Origin: Cognatishimia sp.
GTDB lineage: Bacteria; Pseudomonadota; Alphaproteobacteria; Rhodobacterales; Rhodobacteraceae
Length of the DNA stretch: 64,000 bases
Assembly (NCBI RefSeq): GCF_049116455.1
Contig: NZ_JAGDYW010000006.1
Coordinates: 11,321 to 75,320 of the forward strand
Direction: 5' to 3'
The first letter of the stretch is position 1. The number at the start of each line of letters is the position of its first letter. The notes under the pieces were generated by a model that ran no database searches, was not told the DNA's origin, and saw only the letters and a program-made list of their open reading frames with translations. Positions 37,847 through 45,799 of this stretch are shown here, piece after piece. The position numbers and the translations under genes are program-made.

Positions 37847-38869
37847 CTATGGTCGAAGAGTGAGGGTGGCCTTCAGGGCGTCTGAGTTTAGGGGGGTGTC
37901 CTCGGTATTCTGCAACAGGTGCATGGCTTGCTGCGCAAGTTGATCTATCGGCAATTTGATGGTCGAAATCCCACCTGCGATCCACGCGTAGAATGATGGG
38001 TCACCATATCCGATGAAGGCAATGTCCTTGTGGGGGTCTTTTTCCCGATCCATAAGCGCCGCAAGCGCACCGTTTGATATTTCAACGCCGCCACAGATGA
38101 GCGCGGTTGCAGTTTTTCCGTCTAACAGCATGCCAGTGCAGGCGTGGCCCATTTCAAAGGAGGGGGTGGCGGTGTGCACGAGTTCGTGGTTTTCGCTGAG
38201 ACCGGCGGTTGCGAGCCCTGCGCGAAAGGCCGCCAGACGTTGTTGACCAGATGAGAGCTTGTTGTTGGCACCAATATAGCCGATCTCCGTATGACCCTGC
38301 TTTGCCAGATATGCTACGGCCTCCTGAATGGCGCTGTGGTCATCGACCAAGACAGTGGCGCTGGTGCCATCGATTGGGCGTTCCCGCACAAGCTGGATGA
38401 TATTATGGCCAAATGTCTGGGTGACGTCATTGGTTGCGTGGCGCGGGGCAGGGACCATAAGAACGGCCATGGCCTGAACTTCCCGTAAGCGCTCTAATGC
38501 TGCGTATTCTTGGTCGATGTCGTCATTGGTCAGATGGATGATCAGATGCAGCGAGTTCTTCTCGCAGGCCAGGGCCAATGCGTTCGCGAAGCGGGCATAA
38601 AATTCGTTGATGATATTGGGCAGAAGCAGCCCGACGATCTTTGTGCCATCGCCGCGCATGGCCTTGGCGGCTGCGTTTTTGACATAGCCAAGTTCACGTG
38701 CTCGGTTGAGGATCATATCGCGCGTGGCTTTGTTGACATTGGGATGATCAGACAGGGCACGCGACACGGTCATATGCGAAATGCCGAGATCCTTTGCGAT
38801 CGATTTGATGGTCACGCGGTTAGACAAGTTTTTTCCCTTCGGTTCCAGCGCTTTTAACAAAGTTGTCAA
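37847..38869 (-). CDS. LacI-family transcriptional regulator
   Basis: A 340-aa protein with N-terminal HTH (VTIKSIAKDLGISHMTVSRALS) and a periplasmic-binding-protein-like effector domain. It is divergent from the kinase-enolase operon. Confidence 0.9.
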   Translation of the reverse strand: MTTLLKALEPKGKNLSNRVTIKSIAKDLGISHMTVSRALSDHPNVNKATRDMILNRARELGYVKNAAAKAMRGDGTKIVGLLLPNIINEFYARFANALALACEKNSLHLIIHLTNDDIDQEYAALERLREVQAMAVLMVPAPRHATNDVTQTFGHNIIQLVRERPIDGTSATVLVDDHSAIQEAVAYLAKQGHTEIGYIGANNKLSSGQQRLAAFRAGLATAGLSENHELVHTATPSFEMGHACTGMLLDGKTATALICGGVEISNGALAALMDREKDPHKDIAFIGYGDPSFYAWIAGGISTIKLPIDQLAQQAMHLLQNTEDTPLNSDALKATLTLRP

Positions 38870-38903
38870 ATCCTGTCTTGACGGAAATACAATTTTTAGA
38901 CTA

Positions 38904-38921
38904 ATTGTTCACGTGAACAAT
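38904..38921. promoter_or_regulatory. LacI-type operator, perfect 18-bp palindrome
   Basis: ATTGTTCACGTGAACAAT has a central CG and TG..CA ends, which fits the LacI-family operator architecture. It lies 17 nt upstream of the kinase GTG start, in the 68-bp divergent spacer. Confidence 0.7.
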
Positions 38922-38937
38922 ACAAGGGAAATCATCC

Positions 38938-39951
38938 GTGCCCACCGAGTTAGAACAACGTTGCCGTGACCTTGTGGTCGAGCTTGGCCTTGGGGCACGG
39001 GAGGATGTGTCTGAAGTACGTCCGCTGACCGGCGGGGTGGCGTCTGATATTGCGATGGTGGCGCTGCCGACGCAGAAGATTTGCGTGAAATTTGCCTTGG
39101 CAAAATTGCGTGTGGCAGCGGATTGGCAGGCGCCTGTGCACCGGAATGCGGCTGAATATGCTTGGCTCAAGGTGGCCGCAGATATCCTGCCTGATAGCTC
39201 AGTGAAACTCTTTGGCCGCTCCGAGAAAGAGCACGGGTTTGCCATGGAGTTTCTGGACGGTAAGGGGGTCTATCTTTGGAAGGAGTCGCTTCTTGAGGAA
39301 GCGCCTGATCGGGGAGAGGCCGCGCGTGTCGCCGATATGTTGGGTCAGGTGCACAAGGCTTCTGCTGCAGAGGGTTTTGACACCGCTGCCTTCCAAAACC
39401 GGGATGACTTCCGGGCGCTGCGGATCGAGCCCTATCTGAGCTTCACGGCCGAGAACCATCCTGATCTGGCGGGACAGATCAAACCGCTTGAGGACATGCT
39501 GTATGAGAGCAGCAATGTTTTGGTGCACGGGGATGTGAGCCCAAAGAATATTCTGTTCCGGGGCGATGTGCCTTTGGTCCTGGATGCAGAATGCGCGACG
39601 ATGGGGGACGCGAGTTTTGACGTGTCTTTCTGTCTGAACCATCTGATTTTGAAAGCTGTGCATTTGCCGGGATCGACAGAAAGCCTGCTGGGGCAGATGG
39701 GTCAGTATTGGTCGGCCTATGCGCCGCACATCGCTTGGGAAGATCCTGCCGCCCTAGAGGCCAAGATCTGTCGGTTATTGCCCGCTCTGATGCTGGCACG
39801 TGTGGATGGCAAATCCCCTGTTGAATATTTGGATGAAACGGGGCGCGAGGCTGTGCGTCGTCTTTCTATCCCACTGATCAAATCACCTGTGTCCGACTTG
39901 GACACACTCGTTGAAACACTCGCCAATGTACTGAAGGACATTCGTTCATGA
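38938..39951 (+). CDS. APH/protein-kinase-fold small-molecule kinase (MtnK / homoserine-kinase-II-like); substrate unknown
   Basis: A 337-aa protein with catalytic loop HGDVSPKNILF and metal-binding segment LDAECATMGDASFDVSFCLNHL, which resemble the phosphotransferase enzyme family. It has a GTG start. Confidence 0.7.
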   Translation: MPTELEQRCRDLVVELGLGAREDVSEVRPLTGGVASDIAMVALPTQKICVKFALAKLRVAADWQAPVHRNAAEYAWLKVAADILPDSSVKLFGRSEKEHGFAMEFLDGKGVYLWKESLLEEAPDRGEAARVADMLGQVHKASAAEGFDTAAFQNRDDFRALRIEPYLSFTAENHPDLAGQIKPLEDMLYESSNVLVHGDVSPKNILFRGDVPLVLDAECATMGDASFDVSFCLNHLILKAVHLPGSTESLLGQMGQYWSAYAPHIAWEDPAALEAKICRLLPALMLARVDGKSPVEYLDETGREAVRRLSIPLIKSPVSDLDTLVETLANVLKDIRS

Positions 39952-41258
39952 CGGCAATCAAATCAATCACTGGACGTCGGGTCTGGGATTCTCGTGGGCA
40001 TCCGACGGTCGAAGTCGATGTGTTTCTGGAAAACGGCAAACTGGGGCGCGCCATCGCGCCGGCAGGTGCGTCTCGCGGGACACGAGAGGCCATCGATCTT
40101 CGCGATGGTGGCCCTGTCTTGCAGGGGAAGGGCATCGAGAAGGCTCTGGCCAGCGTCAACGGTCCAATTGCCTCTGCTTTGGTGGGGCGTGATATTTATG
40201 ACCAGCAGGGGGCAGACAACGCGATTTTAGAGCTGGACCCATCGGCTCTGAAAGAAACTCTGGGCGGCAATGCGACCGTTGCGACCTCGTTGGCGTTGCT
40301 GCATACGGCAGCTGCAGATGCAGGTGAACCATTGTGGCGTCACGTGGCTAAGGCTTATGGTTGCACGCCATCCTTGCCTCTGCCTGAAGTCCAGATCTTT
40401 GGCGGCGGGGCGCATGCGGGTCGCCGCGTGGATATTCAGGACTTCATGATCATGGTGCCGGGTGCCAAGACCTTTGATGAGGTCATGGAAGTCACCAATG
40501 AGGTCTACTTTGCCGCTGGCGATATTATGGCCTCACGTGGCAACCTCGCTGGTGTGGCGGATGAAGGCGGCTGGTGGCCGGTCTTCAAAAGCAATGAAGA
40601 AGCACTAGAGACCCTAGTTCAAGCCATCGAAAAGGCAGGGGAAAAGCCAGGCGAGAACGTGGTGATCTCTTTGGACATCGCGGCGTCTGAATTTGGCGAA
40701 AACGGCACTTATCGTCTGGCGCTGGAAGATCGCGACATGGACAGCGGTCAGTTGATTGACATGCTTGGCGGCTGGCTGGATGCCTATCCGATTGCCTCGA
40801 TCGAAGACCCGCTTGGCGAAGACGACCAAGAAGGCACAATTGAGTTCACCCGCCGTTTTGGGGACCGGGTGCAGATCATTGGAGATGATTATCTGGTGAC
40901 CAGCGCGGATCTGGTGCGCGAGGCGCAGGCTGATAACGCCTGTAATGCAGTGTTGATTAAGGTGAACCAGATCGGGACAATCACAGAAGCGATTGAGACC
41001 TTCAAAGCCGCGCAAGAAAAAGGCTGGGGTACGATTGTCTCTGCACGTTCGGGTGAAACCGAAGACGCCTCGATCTCTCATCTCAGCACCGGTCTCGGTG
41101 GGCGTCAGTTGAAGGTTGGCTCCTTCCAGCGCTCTGAGCGGATGGTAAAATGGAACGAATGCCTGCGCATTCAAGATCAACTTGGCCAGAACAGTTTTGC
41201 GGCTGGTCAGGCCCTTGCCAATACATGGTGGGGCAAAGCGAATAAGAAGGATAGCTGA
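39948..41258 (+). CDS. Enolase (phosphopyruvate hydratase) family paralogue with non-canonical active-site residues
   Basis: A 436-aa protein, collinear with canonical enolase as I recall it (DSRGHPTVEVDV, AGASRGTREAIDLRD, ADEGGW, SLDIAASEF, SIEDP, IGDDYLVT, LIKVNQIGT, SGETED, QLKVGS). However it has IQDFMI instead of IQEFMI and SARSGETED instead of SHRSGETED. Its ATGA overlaps the kinase gene. Confidence 0.85.
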   Translation: MTAIKSITGRRVWDSRGHPTVEVDVFLENGKLGRAIAPAGASRGTREAIDLRDGGPVLQGKGIEKALASVNGPIASALVGRDIYDQQGADNAILELDPSALKETLGGNATVATSLALLHTAAADAGEPLWRHVAKAYGCTPSLPLPEVQIFGGGAHAGRRVDIQDFMIMVPGAKTFDEVMEVTNEVYFAAGDIMASRGNLAGVADEGGWWPVFKSNEEALETLVQAIEKAGEKPGENVVISLDIAASEFGENGTYRLALEDRDMDSGQLIDMLGGWLDAYPIASIEDPLGEDDQEGTIEFTRRFGDRVQIIGDDYLVTSADLVREAQADNACNAVLIKVNQIGTITEAIETFKAAQEKGWGTIVSARSGETEDASISHLSTGLGGRQLKVGSFQRSERMVKWNECLRIQDQLGQNSFAAGQALANTWWGKANKKDS

Positions 41259-41260
41259 TT

Positions 41261-42109
41261 ATGAAACTGATGCGCTATGGGGACCGAGATGGTTCCAAAA
41301 CTCCCTGCATCCTGGACGCTGATGGCGTGGCGCGAGACGCTTCCAGCATTGTTGGCGACTTCGGCCCGCGCTCTTTGACGCCAGAGGTGATTGATCAGCT
41401 GAAATCCGTGGATCCAACCACGCTGCCCGTTGCGGATATCGAAGGCAAACGGATCGCACCACCCTCTGCGCAGCCGTTCAATATCTACTGCATCGGTCTG
41501 AACTACTCTGACCATGCAGTGGAGGCGGGCCTGCCAGTGCCTGATGAGCCGATCCTGTTTAACAAATCCTCTGTGACCTACTGCGGTCCAAACGATGACA
41601 TCCTGTTTAGCGAGAAGATGACCAAGCTGGATTGGGAAGTTGAGCTGGGCATTGTGATTGGGAAGAAAGCGCTCAACATCTCCAAAGACGACGCGCTGGA
41701 ACATGTTCTGGGCTATGTGCTGGTGAACGATGTGAGCGAGCGTGCCTGGCAGATGGAGCGCGGCGGCCAATGGGCCAAGGGCAAGAGCTTCCCGAATTTC
41801 TGCCCAACCGGTCCCGTGATTGTATCAGGCGATGAGCTGGATGACGCCAAGGCGCTGTCCATGTGGCTGGATGTGAACGGCACGCGGATGCAAACCGGCA
41901 ATACCGACACGATGATCTTTGATGTGGCGACCATCGTGAGCTACCTGAGCGAATTTACTGAACTGCAGCCAGGCGATCTAATTTGTACAGGCACCCCTCC
42001 GGGTGTGGGTGCAGGCATGGACCCGCAGGTCTGGCTGAATGTTGGCGACAAGGTCACGCTTGGCATCGAAGGATTGGGTGAACAAGCTCAGACCGTGGTG
42101 AAGTTATGA
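41261..42109 (+). CDS. Fumarylacetoacetate hydrolase (FAH) family protein, 2,4-diketo-3-deoxy-sugar-acid hydrolase-like
   Basis: A 282-aa protein with FAH C-terminal-domain motifs (IYCIGLNYSDHA, DWEVELGIVIGK, NDVSERAWQ, KGKSF, ICTGTPPGVG). It starts 2 nt after the enolase stop. Confidence 0.8.
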   Translation: MKLMRYGDRDGSKTPCILDADGVARDASSIVGDFGPRSLTPEVIDQLKSVDPTTLPVADIEGKRIAPPSAQPFNIYCIGLNYSDHAVEAGLPVPDEPILFNKSSVTYCGPNDDILFSEKMTKLDWEVELGIVIGKKALNISKDDALEHVLGYVLVNDVSERAWQMERGGQWAKGKSFPNFCPTGPVIVSGDELDDAKALSMWLDVNGTRMQTGNTDTMIFDVATIVSYLSEFTELQPGDLICTGTPPGVGAGMDPQVWLNVGDKVTLGIEGLGEQAQTVVKL

Positions 42110-42858
42110 ACCAATTTGATCTGAAGGGGCGTCGCGCCGTGATCACCGGAGGCGCGCGCGGCATGGGGTTTGCGGTTGCAAAACGCTTTCTGGAAAGTGG
42201 TGCCTCTGTAGCGCTGTGGGACATCAGTGAAGAGACCCTGGCTAAGGCCAAAGACACGCTATCGTCGCTTGGCACGGTTATCACACAGCGTGTTGATGTC
42301 AGCGATTATGCCAACGTCGAAGCGGCTGCGGCGCAGGCAGAGGTGGAGCTTGGTGGGATTGAGTTGCTGGTAAACTCCGCAGGGATCGCCGGGGTCAATG
42401 TACCTGTAACCGAGTACCCGATCGAGACATGGTACGCTGTGCAGAAAGTAAACCTCAACGGGATCTTCCACACTTGTAAGGCCATTGTGCCAATCATGCA
42501 GAAATCAGACTACGGGCGCATTGCAAACATTGCCTCGATTGCGGGCAAGGAAGGCAACCCGAACGCCTCGGCTTACTCTGTTTCCAAGGCGGCGGTGATC
42601 GGCCTCACCAAATCTCTTGGCAAAGAACTGGCGACCTCCAATATCCGCGTGAACGCGCTGTGCCCGGCCGTGATCCGCACAGAGATGCTGGATGACGTCA
42701 CAGAAGGACAGTTGGCCTACATGCTGTCCAAAATCCCAATGGGACGCCCTGGCACCATCGATGAGATCGCCTCAATGGTCTCCTTCATGTGCTCCGAAGA
42801 CTGCTCATACACAACAGGGTTCGTCTTCGACCTATCAGGTGGGCGTGCAACCTATTAA
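42106..42858 (+). CDS. Short-chain dehydrogenase/reductase (2-keto-3-deoxy-sugar-acid 4-dehydrogenase-like)
   Basis: A 250-aa protein carrying TGGARGMG, NSAG and the YSVSK catalytic motif. Its ATGA overlaps the FAH gene. Confidence 0.8.
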   Translation: MNQFDLKGRRAVITGGARGMGFAVAKRFLESGASVALWDISEETLAKAKDTLSSLGTVITQRVDVSDYANVEAAAAQAEVELGGIELLVNSAGIAGVNVPVTEYPIETWYAVQKVNLNGIFHTCKAIVPIMQKSDYGRIANIASIAGKEGNPNASAYSVSKAAVIGLTKSLGKELATSNIRVNALCPAVIRTEMLDDVTEGQLAYMLSKIPMGRPGTIDEIASMVSFMCSEDCSYTTGFVFDLSGGRATY

Positions 42859-42882
42859 AGCGACTTCGGGATAATCCAAGTG

Positions 42883-42915
42883 ATACCCACCGTGACATGC
42901 GGTGGGTATTTTTAT
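42883..42915 (+). terminator. Rho-independent terminator of the kinase-enolase-FAH-SDR operon
   Basis: ATACCCACCG (42883-42892) pairs with CGGTGGGTAT (42900-42909) in a 10-bp stem, followed by TTTTTAT. Confidence 0.8.
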
Positions 42916-42978
42916 GCGTGCACTACCGAGCGGCGGTTTCCGCAGCGACATGCCTGAGAATTTGCACAAAGCCTCAAG

Positions 42979-43332
42979 GTGTTTTGTGGAGGGCAGCCCT
43001 TCAGGCGTCGCAATGACTTAAAAATATTCAACGCTTGGCTCAAACGGCCGAGTGACCACGCCATTTACGCGCCAAAGTCCGGCACCAAATGGTTCAATCA
43101 CACCAACCGCCAAATTCATCGCGATCATCGAATATCCCATGTGGGAGCTATGAATACCGATGTCAGATCGATATTGAACGCCCGCATGATCAAGGACGTT
43201 ATAGATATGCTCAGAGTTTTCCGTGTTCGCGCAACCAATCACGCCTTATCTTTAGGAGCACCTGGTCATCGATACGAGTTCTCAAATCGGGTTGAACATG
43301 ACATTGTTCAGATAGTGTTCAGGAATGCGTAG
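42979..43332 (+). pseudogene. Orphan 117-aa ORF, possibly a truncated sulfotransferase-like gene remnant
   Basis: The segment IYAPKSGTKWFNH resembles the PAPS 5'-phosphosulfate-binding loop (PKSGTTW) at the usual distance from the N-terminus. By hand count GC3 is higher in this frame (~65%) than in the overlapping minus-strand ORF (~39%). The length is less than half that of typical sulfotransferases, and no convincing continuation follows the TAG. Confidence 0.25.
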
Positions 43333-43727
43333 TTTGATTTGGTCAGCGAGATCTCCCCAAGGGGACGAAAATGGAACGGCAACCGATGCAACTTTTCTGG
43401 ACAACTACCGGACGTTTTCGACCGCAGATCTAAACTGATAAGTGAGATTTCACTAGAACCCGATAGATGAAGGCGGAATTTCTCAGGCGCGATGATCGCG
43501 TCCGACTCTGAGACTCGACTCAGTGATGTCGGGATTAACTAGTCCACGGTTGGGAAGGTTAAATGGCCCAATGCAGAGCTCTAGGCCAGTAATTCGTTCT
43601 GCAGCGCAGAGAGGCTAATCCGTCTAACGGGCGCTGTTTGCTACTTCGATTGCGAGAACCGATGCAGCCGCATGATCCTCAATGCGGCGTCTAAAACCAA
43701 GAATTTTGTCCTAAATAATATCTGTTA

Positions 43728-43756
43728 TTGCATATATAAAAATTACTTGCTTAAAT
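43728..43756 (+). promoter_or_regulatory. Candidate sigma70-type promoter for the 43.8-48.7 kb ABC operon
   Basis: TTGCAT (43728-43733), 17 nt, then TTAAAT (43751-43756). It sits within a ~28% GC stretch about 90 nt upstream of the SBP start. Confidence 0.3.
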
Positions 43757-43793
43757 GAAAGTGAGCCTGAGGAGGACTCGGTTTGTATTAAAT

Positions 43794-43828
43794 CCGCGGC
43801 ACGAGTTTCGCCGCGGTTGATCGTTTTT
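43794..43828 (+). promoter_or_regulatory. 5'-leader hairpin with downstream U-rich run (possible attenuator)
   Basis: CCGCGGC (43794-43800) pairs with GCCGCGG (43810-43816), followed by TTGATCGTTTTT and then the GGAGG RBS and ATG at 43844. Confidence 0.35.
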
Positions 43829-43843
43829 GGAGGAACTTAGATC

Positions 43844-44794
43844 ATGAAGAAGATTTTCGGAGCAGTGGTGGCTGGCGCCATGCTGACTGCAAGTGCAGCG
43901 TTCGCTGAAATCACCATCGGCTTGTCCGTAGACCAATTGTTTGAAAGCCGCGTTGCGGTGAACGATGGCATTAAGGCTGAAGCAGCAGATCGTGGTTATG
44001 ACGTTATAGAAGTGGTCGCAGATGGCGATGCGCAACAGCAGAACGCGCAGATTCAATCCCTGATCGCTCAGGGTGTTGACGCAATCTTGGTGTGTGCTGT
44101 GGACCAGAACACAATTGAACGTGCTTTGCTTGCTGCAAAGCGCGCAGATATTCCGGTTGTTGCCTATGACCGTGACCTGCCTGACAGCCGCGTGGTTCAG
44201 GCCTTTGTGGGGCCAGACTCTTTGATTGATGGTCGTCTTGCTGGTGAATACACCGCTGATGTTCTAGCTGGCAAAGAAGGGCCAATCACAATTGTCGAAT
44301 TGATTGGGGCTCTTAACGATCAGAACGGCATCGACCGCTCTAAGGGGTTCCGCGAAGGTATTGCGTCTTTGGAAAACGTTAATCTGATCGAAGTGCCGAC
44401 AGATTGGGATTCCGCGCGCGCATTGTCTGGCACGCAGAACGCTTTCCAAGCAAACCCGGATGTAGCTGCAGTTTTTGCGGCAACAGACACGCATATTCCA
44501 GCGGTTGAAACTGTTCTGACTGACCTTGGGAAACTGATGCCGACGGGTAAAGATGGTCACGTTGTGATCACCGGCGTGAATGGATCTAACGACGGATATC
44601 AAGCGGTTCTGTCCGGGACAGCAGATGCATTTGTCGTCATGGGGACAGAGGCGACGGGTCGGAAAGCGGTTGATCTGGCTGCAAAAATCCTGGCTGGCGA
44701 GTCTGTTGATCGTCTGAACTACGTGGGTGGCAACCTTTATACGGCTGCCGACGCAGAAGCGAACAAAGCCAAAATCTGGGGCGCACCTAAGTAA
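43844..44794 (+). CDS. Sugar ABC transporter substrate-binding protein (RbsB-like, CUT2)
   Basis: A 316-aa protein with a signal peptide (MKKIFGAVVAGAMLTASAAFA) and a type I periplasmic-binding fold sequence. Confidence 0.88.
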   Translation: MKKIFGAVVAGAMLTASAAFAEITIGLSVDQLFESRVAVNDGIKAEAADRGYDVIEVVADGDAQQQNAQIQSLIAQGVDAILVCAVDQNTIERALLAAKRADIPVVAYDRDLPDSRVVQAFVGPDSLIDGRLAGEYTADVLAGKEGPITIVELIGALNDQNGIDRSKGFREGIASLENVNLIEVPTDWDSARALSGTQNAFQANPDVAAVFAATDTHIPAVETVLTDLGKLMPTGKDGHVVITGVNGSNDGYQAVLSGTADAFVVMGTEATGRKAVDLAAKILAGESVDRLNYVGGNLYTAADAEANKAKIWGAPK

Positions 44795-44808
44795 GCAAAC
44801 CCATTCAG

Positions 44809-44837
44809 ACCCCGCGCCACATCAAGCGCGGGGTTTT
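44809..44837 (+). terminator. Hairpin plus short U tract after the SBP gene (partial terminator/attenuator)
   Basis: ACCCCGCGC (44809-44817) pairs with GCGCGGGGT (44826-44834), followed by TTTT. Confidence 0.55.
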
Positions 44838-44857
44838 CGATTTAAGGAAATGAGTGC

Positions 44858-45799
44858 GTGCAGCCTGTTTTGAAGTTTCTGAAATCCTACCCAGCTTTGC
44901 AGATTATCGCGGTGCTGTTGGTTGGATTTTCTCTATTATCTCCCTTTTTTCTGACGACCGGTAACTTCGAGGCCATGCTGGGCGCGAATGCTGTCGTCCT
45001 GATTGCCGCGATTGGCATGACGGTTGTGTTTCTGGCAGGGGGGATTGATCTCTCGATTTCGACGGTGATCAGCGCCAGCGCGGTCATTGCCGGCCTTGTG
45101 ATGGCCGAAACAGACAATGTGGCGCTAGGAGCCGTGACGGCTGTGATTGTGGGCCTTGGGTTTGGTGCGCTGAATGGAGTGTTGATCGGGTATTTTCGCC
45201 TGACGCCCTTCATCACAACCATGGCGACACAGCTGATTGCACGCGGGATCGCCTTTGTGCTTAGCCAGGGGATTGCGGTCAAAGGCACACCGTTTTGGAT
45301 GCTCGACTTTGGCTTTATGGTTTGGATGGGCATTCCGGCTGTCACGCTGATTGCTCTGGCATTGGTGCTTTTGTCTGCCTTCGCCATGTCTCAGACCACC
45401 TGGGGGCGGTATGTGATGTTGGTTGGCTCTAACGAAGATGCCGCGCGCCATGTTGGCATCAACACGCGTTTCATTGAGTTCAGCGTCTACCTTTTTGCAG
45501 GCGCCATGGCGGGCGCTGCCGGTTTCATTTCAATCGCCAATCTAGGCAACGCTATTCCGGGTGTCGGCGACACGCTTTTGCTGATCATCATCGGTGCCGT
45601 TGTTCTGGGTGGTACAGGTATGAACGGAGGTGAAGGCTCTGTCGAACGCACATTGCTGGGCGTTGCCATTTTGGCGATCCTGACAAACGGTCTGAACCTT
45701 GTGGGAATACCGTTCTATGATCAGCTGATCATTCAGGGCGTTCTGATATTCCTTGGTACCTATCTTGCGATGCGTCTTGGCGCACGAGGGCGGGCATGA
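44858..45799 (+). CDS. Sugar ABC transporter permease (RbsC-like)
   Basis: A 313-aa polytopic protein with the GGIDLSIST motif and a GTG start. Confidence 0.88.
   Translation: MQPVLKFLKSYPALQIIAVLLVGFSLLSPFFLTTGNFEAMLGANAVVLIAAIGMTVVFLAGGIDLSISTVISASAVIAGLVMAETDNVALGAVTAVIVGLGFGALNGVLIGYFRLTPFITTMATQLIARGIAFVLSQGIAVKGTPFWMLDFGFMVWMGIPAVTLIALALVLLSAFAMSQTTWGRYVMLVGSNEDAARHVGINTRFIEFSVYLFAGAMAGAAGFISIANLGNAIPGVGDTLLLIIIGAVVLGGTGMNGGEGSVERTLLGVAILAILTNGLNLVGIPFYDQLIIQGVLIFLGTYLAMRLGARGRA

Noticed and set aside
39948-41258. Reading the enolase gene as a simple housekeeping eno.
   Set aside because: It is located on a repABC replicon and is translationally coupled to a kinase under a LacI operator. 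It also carries Asp for Glu168 and Ala for His373. A housekeeping role is not excluded, but it is not the most economical reading.
43018-43242. A 74-aa minus-strand ORF, plus upstream out-of-frame pieces that read like a frameshifted gene.
   Set aside because: Hand-counted third-position GC is low (~39%) compared with the overlapping plus-strand frame (~65%). I recognised no family. It is kept only as part of the low-coding-region finding.
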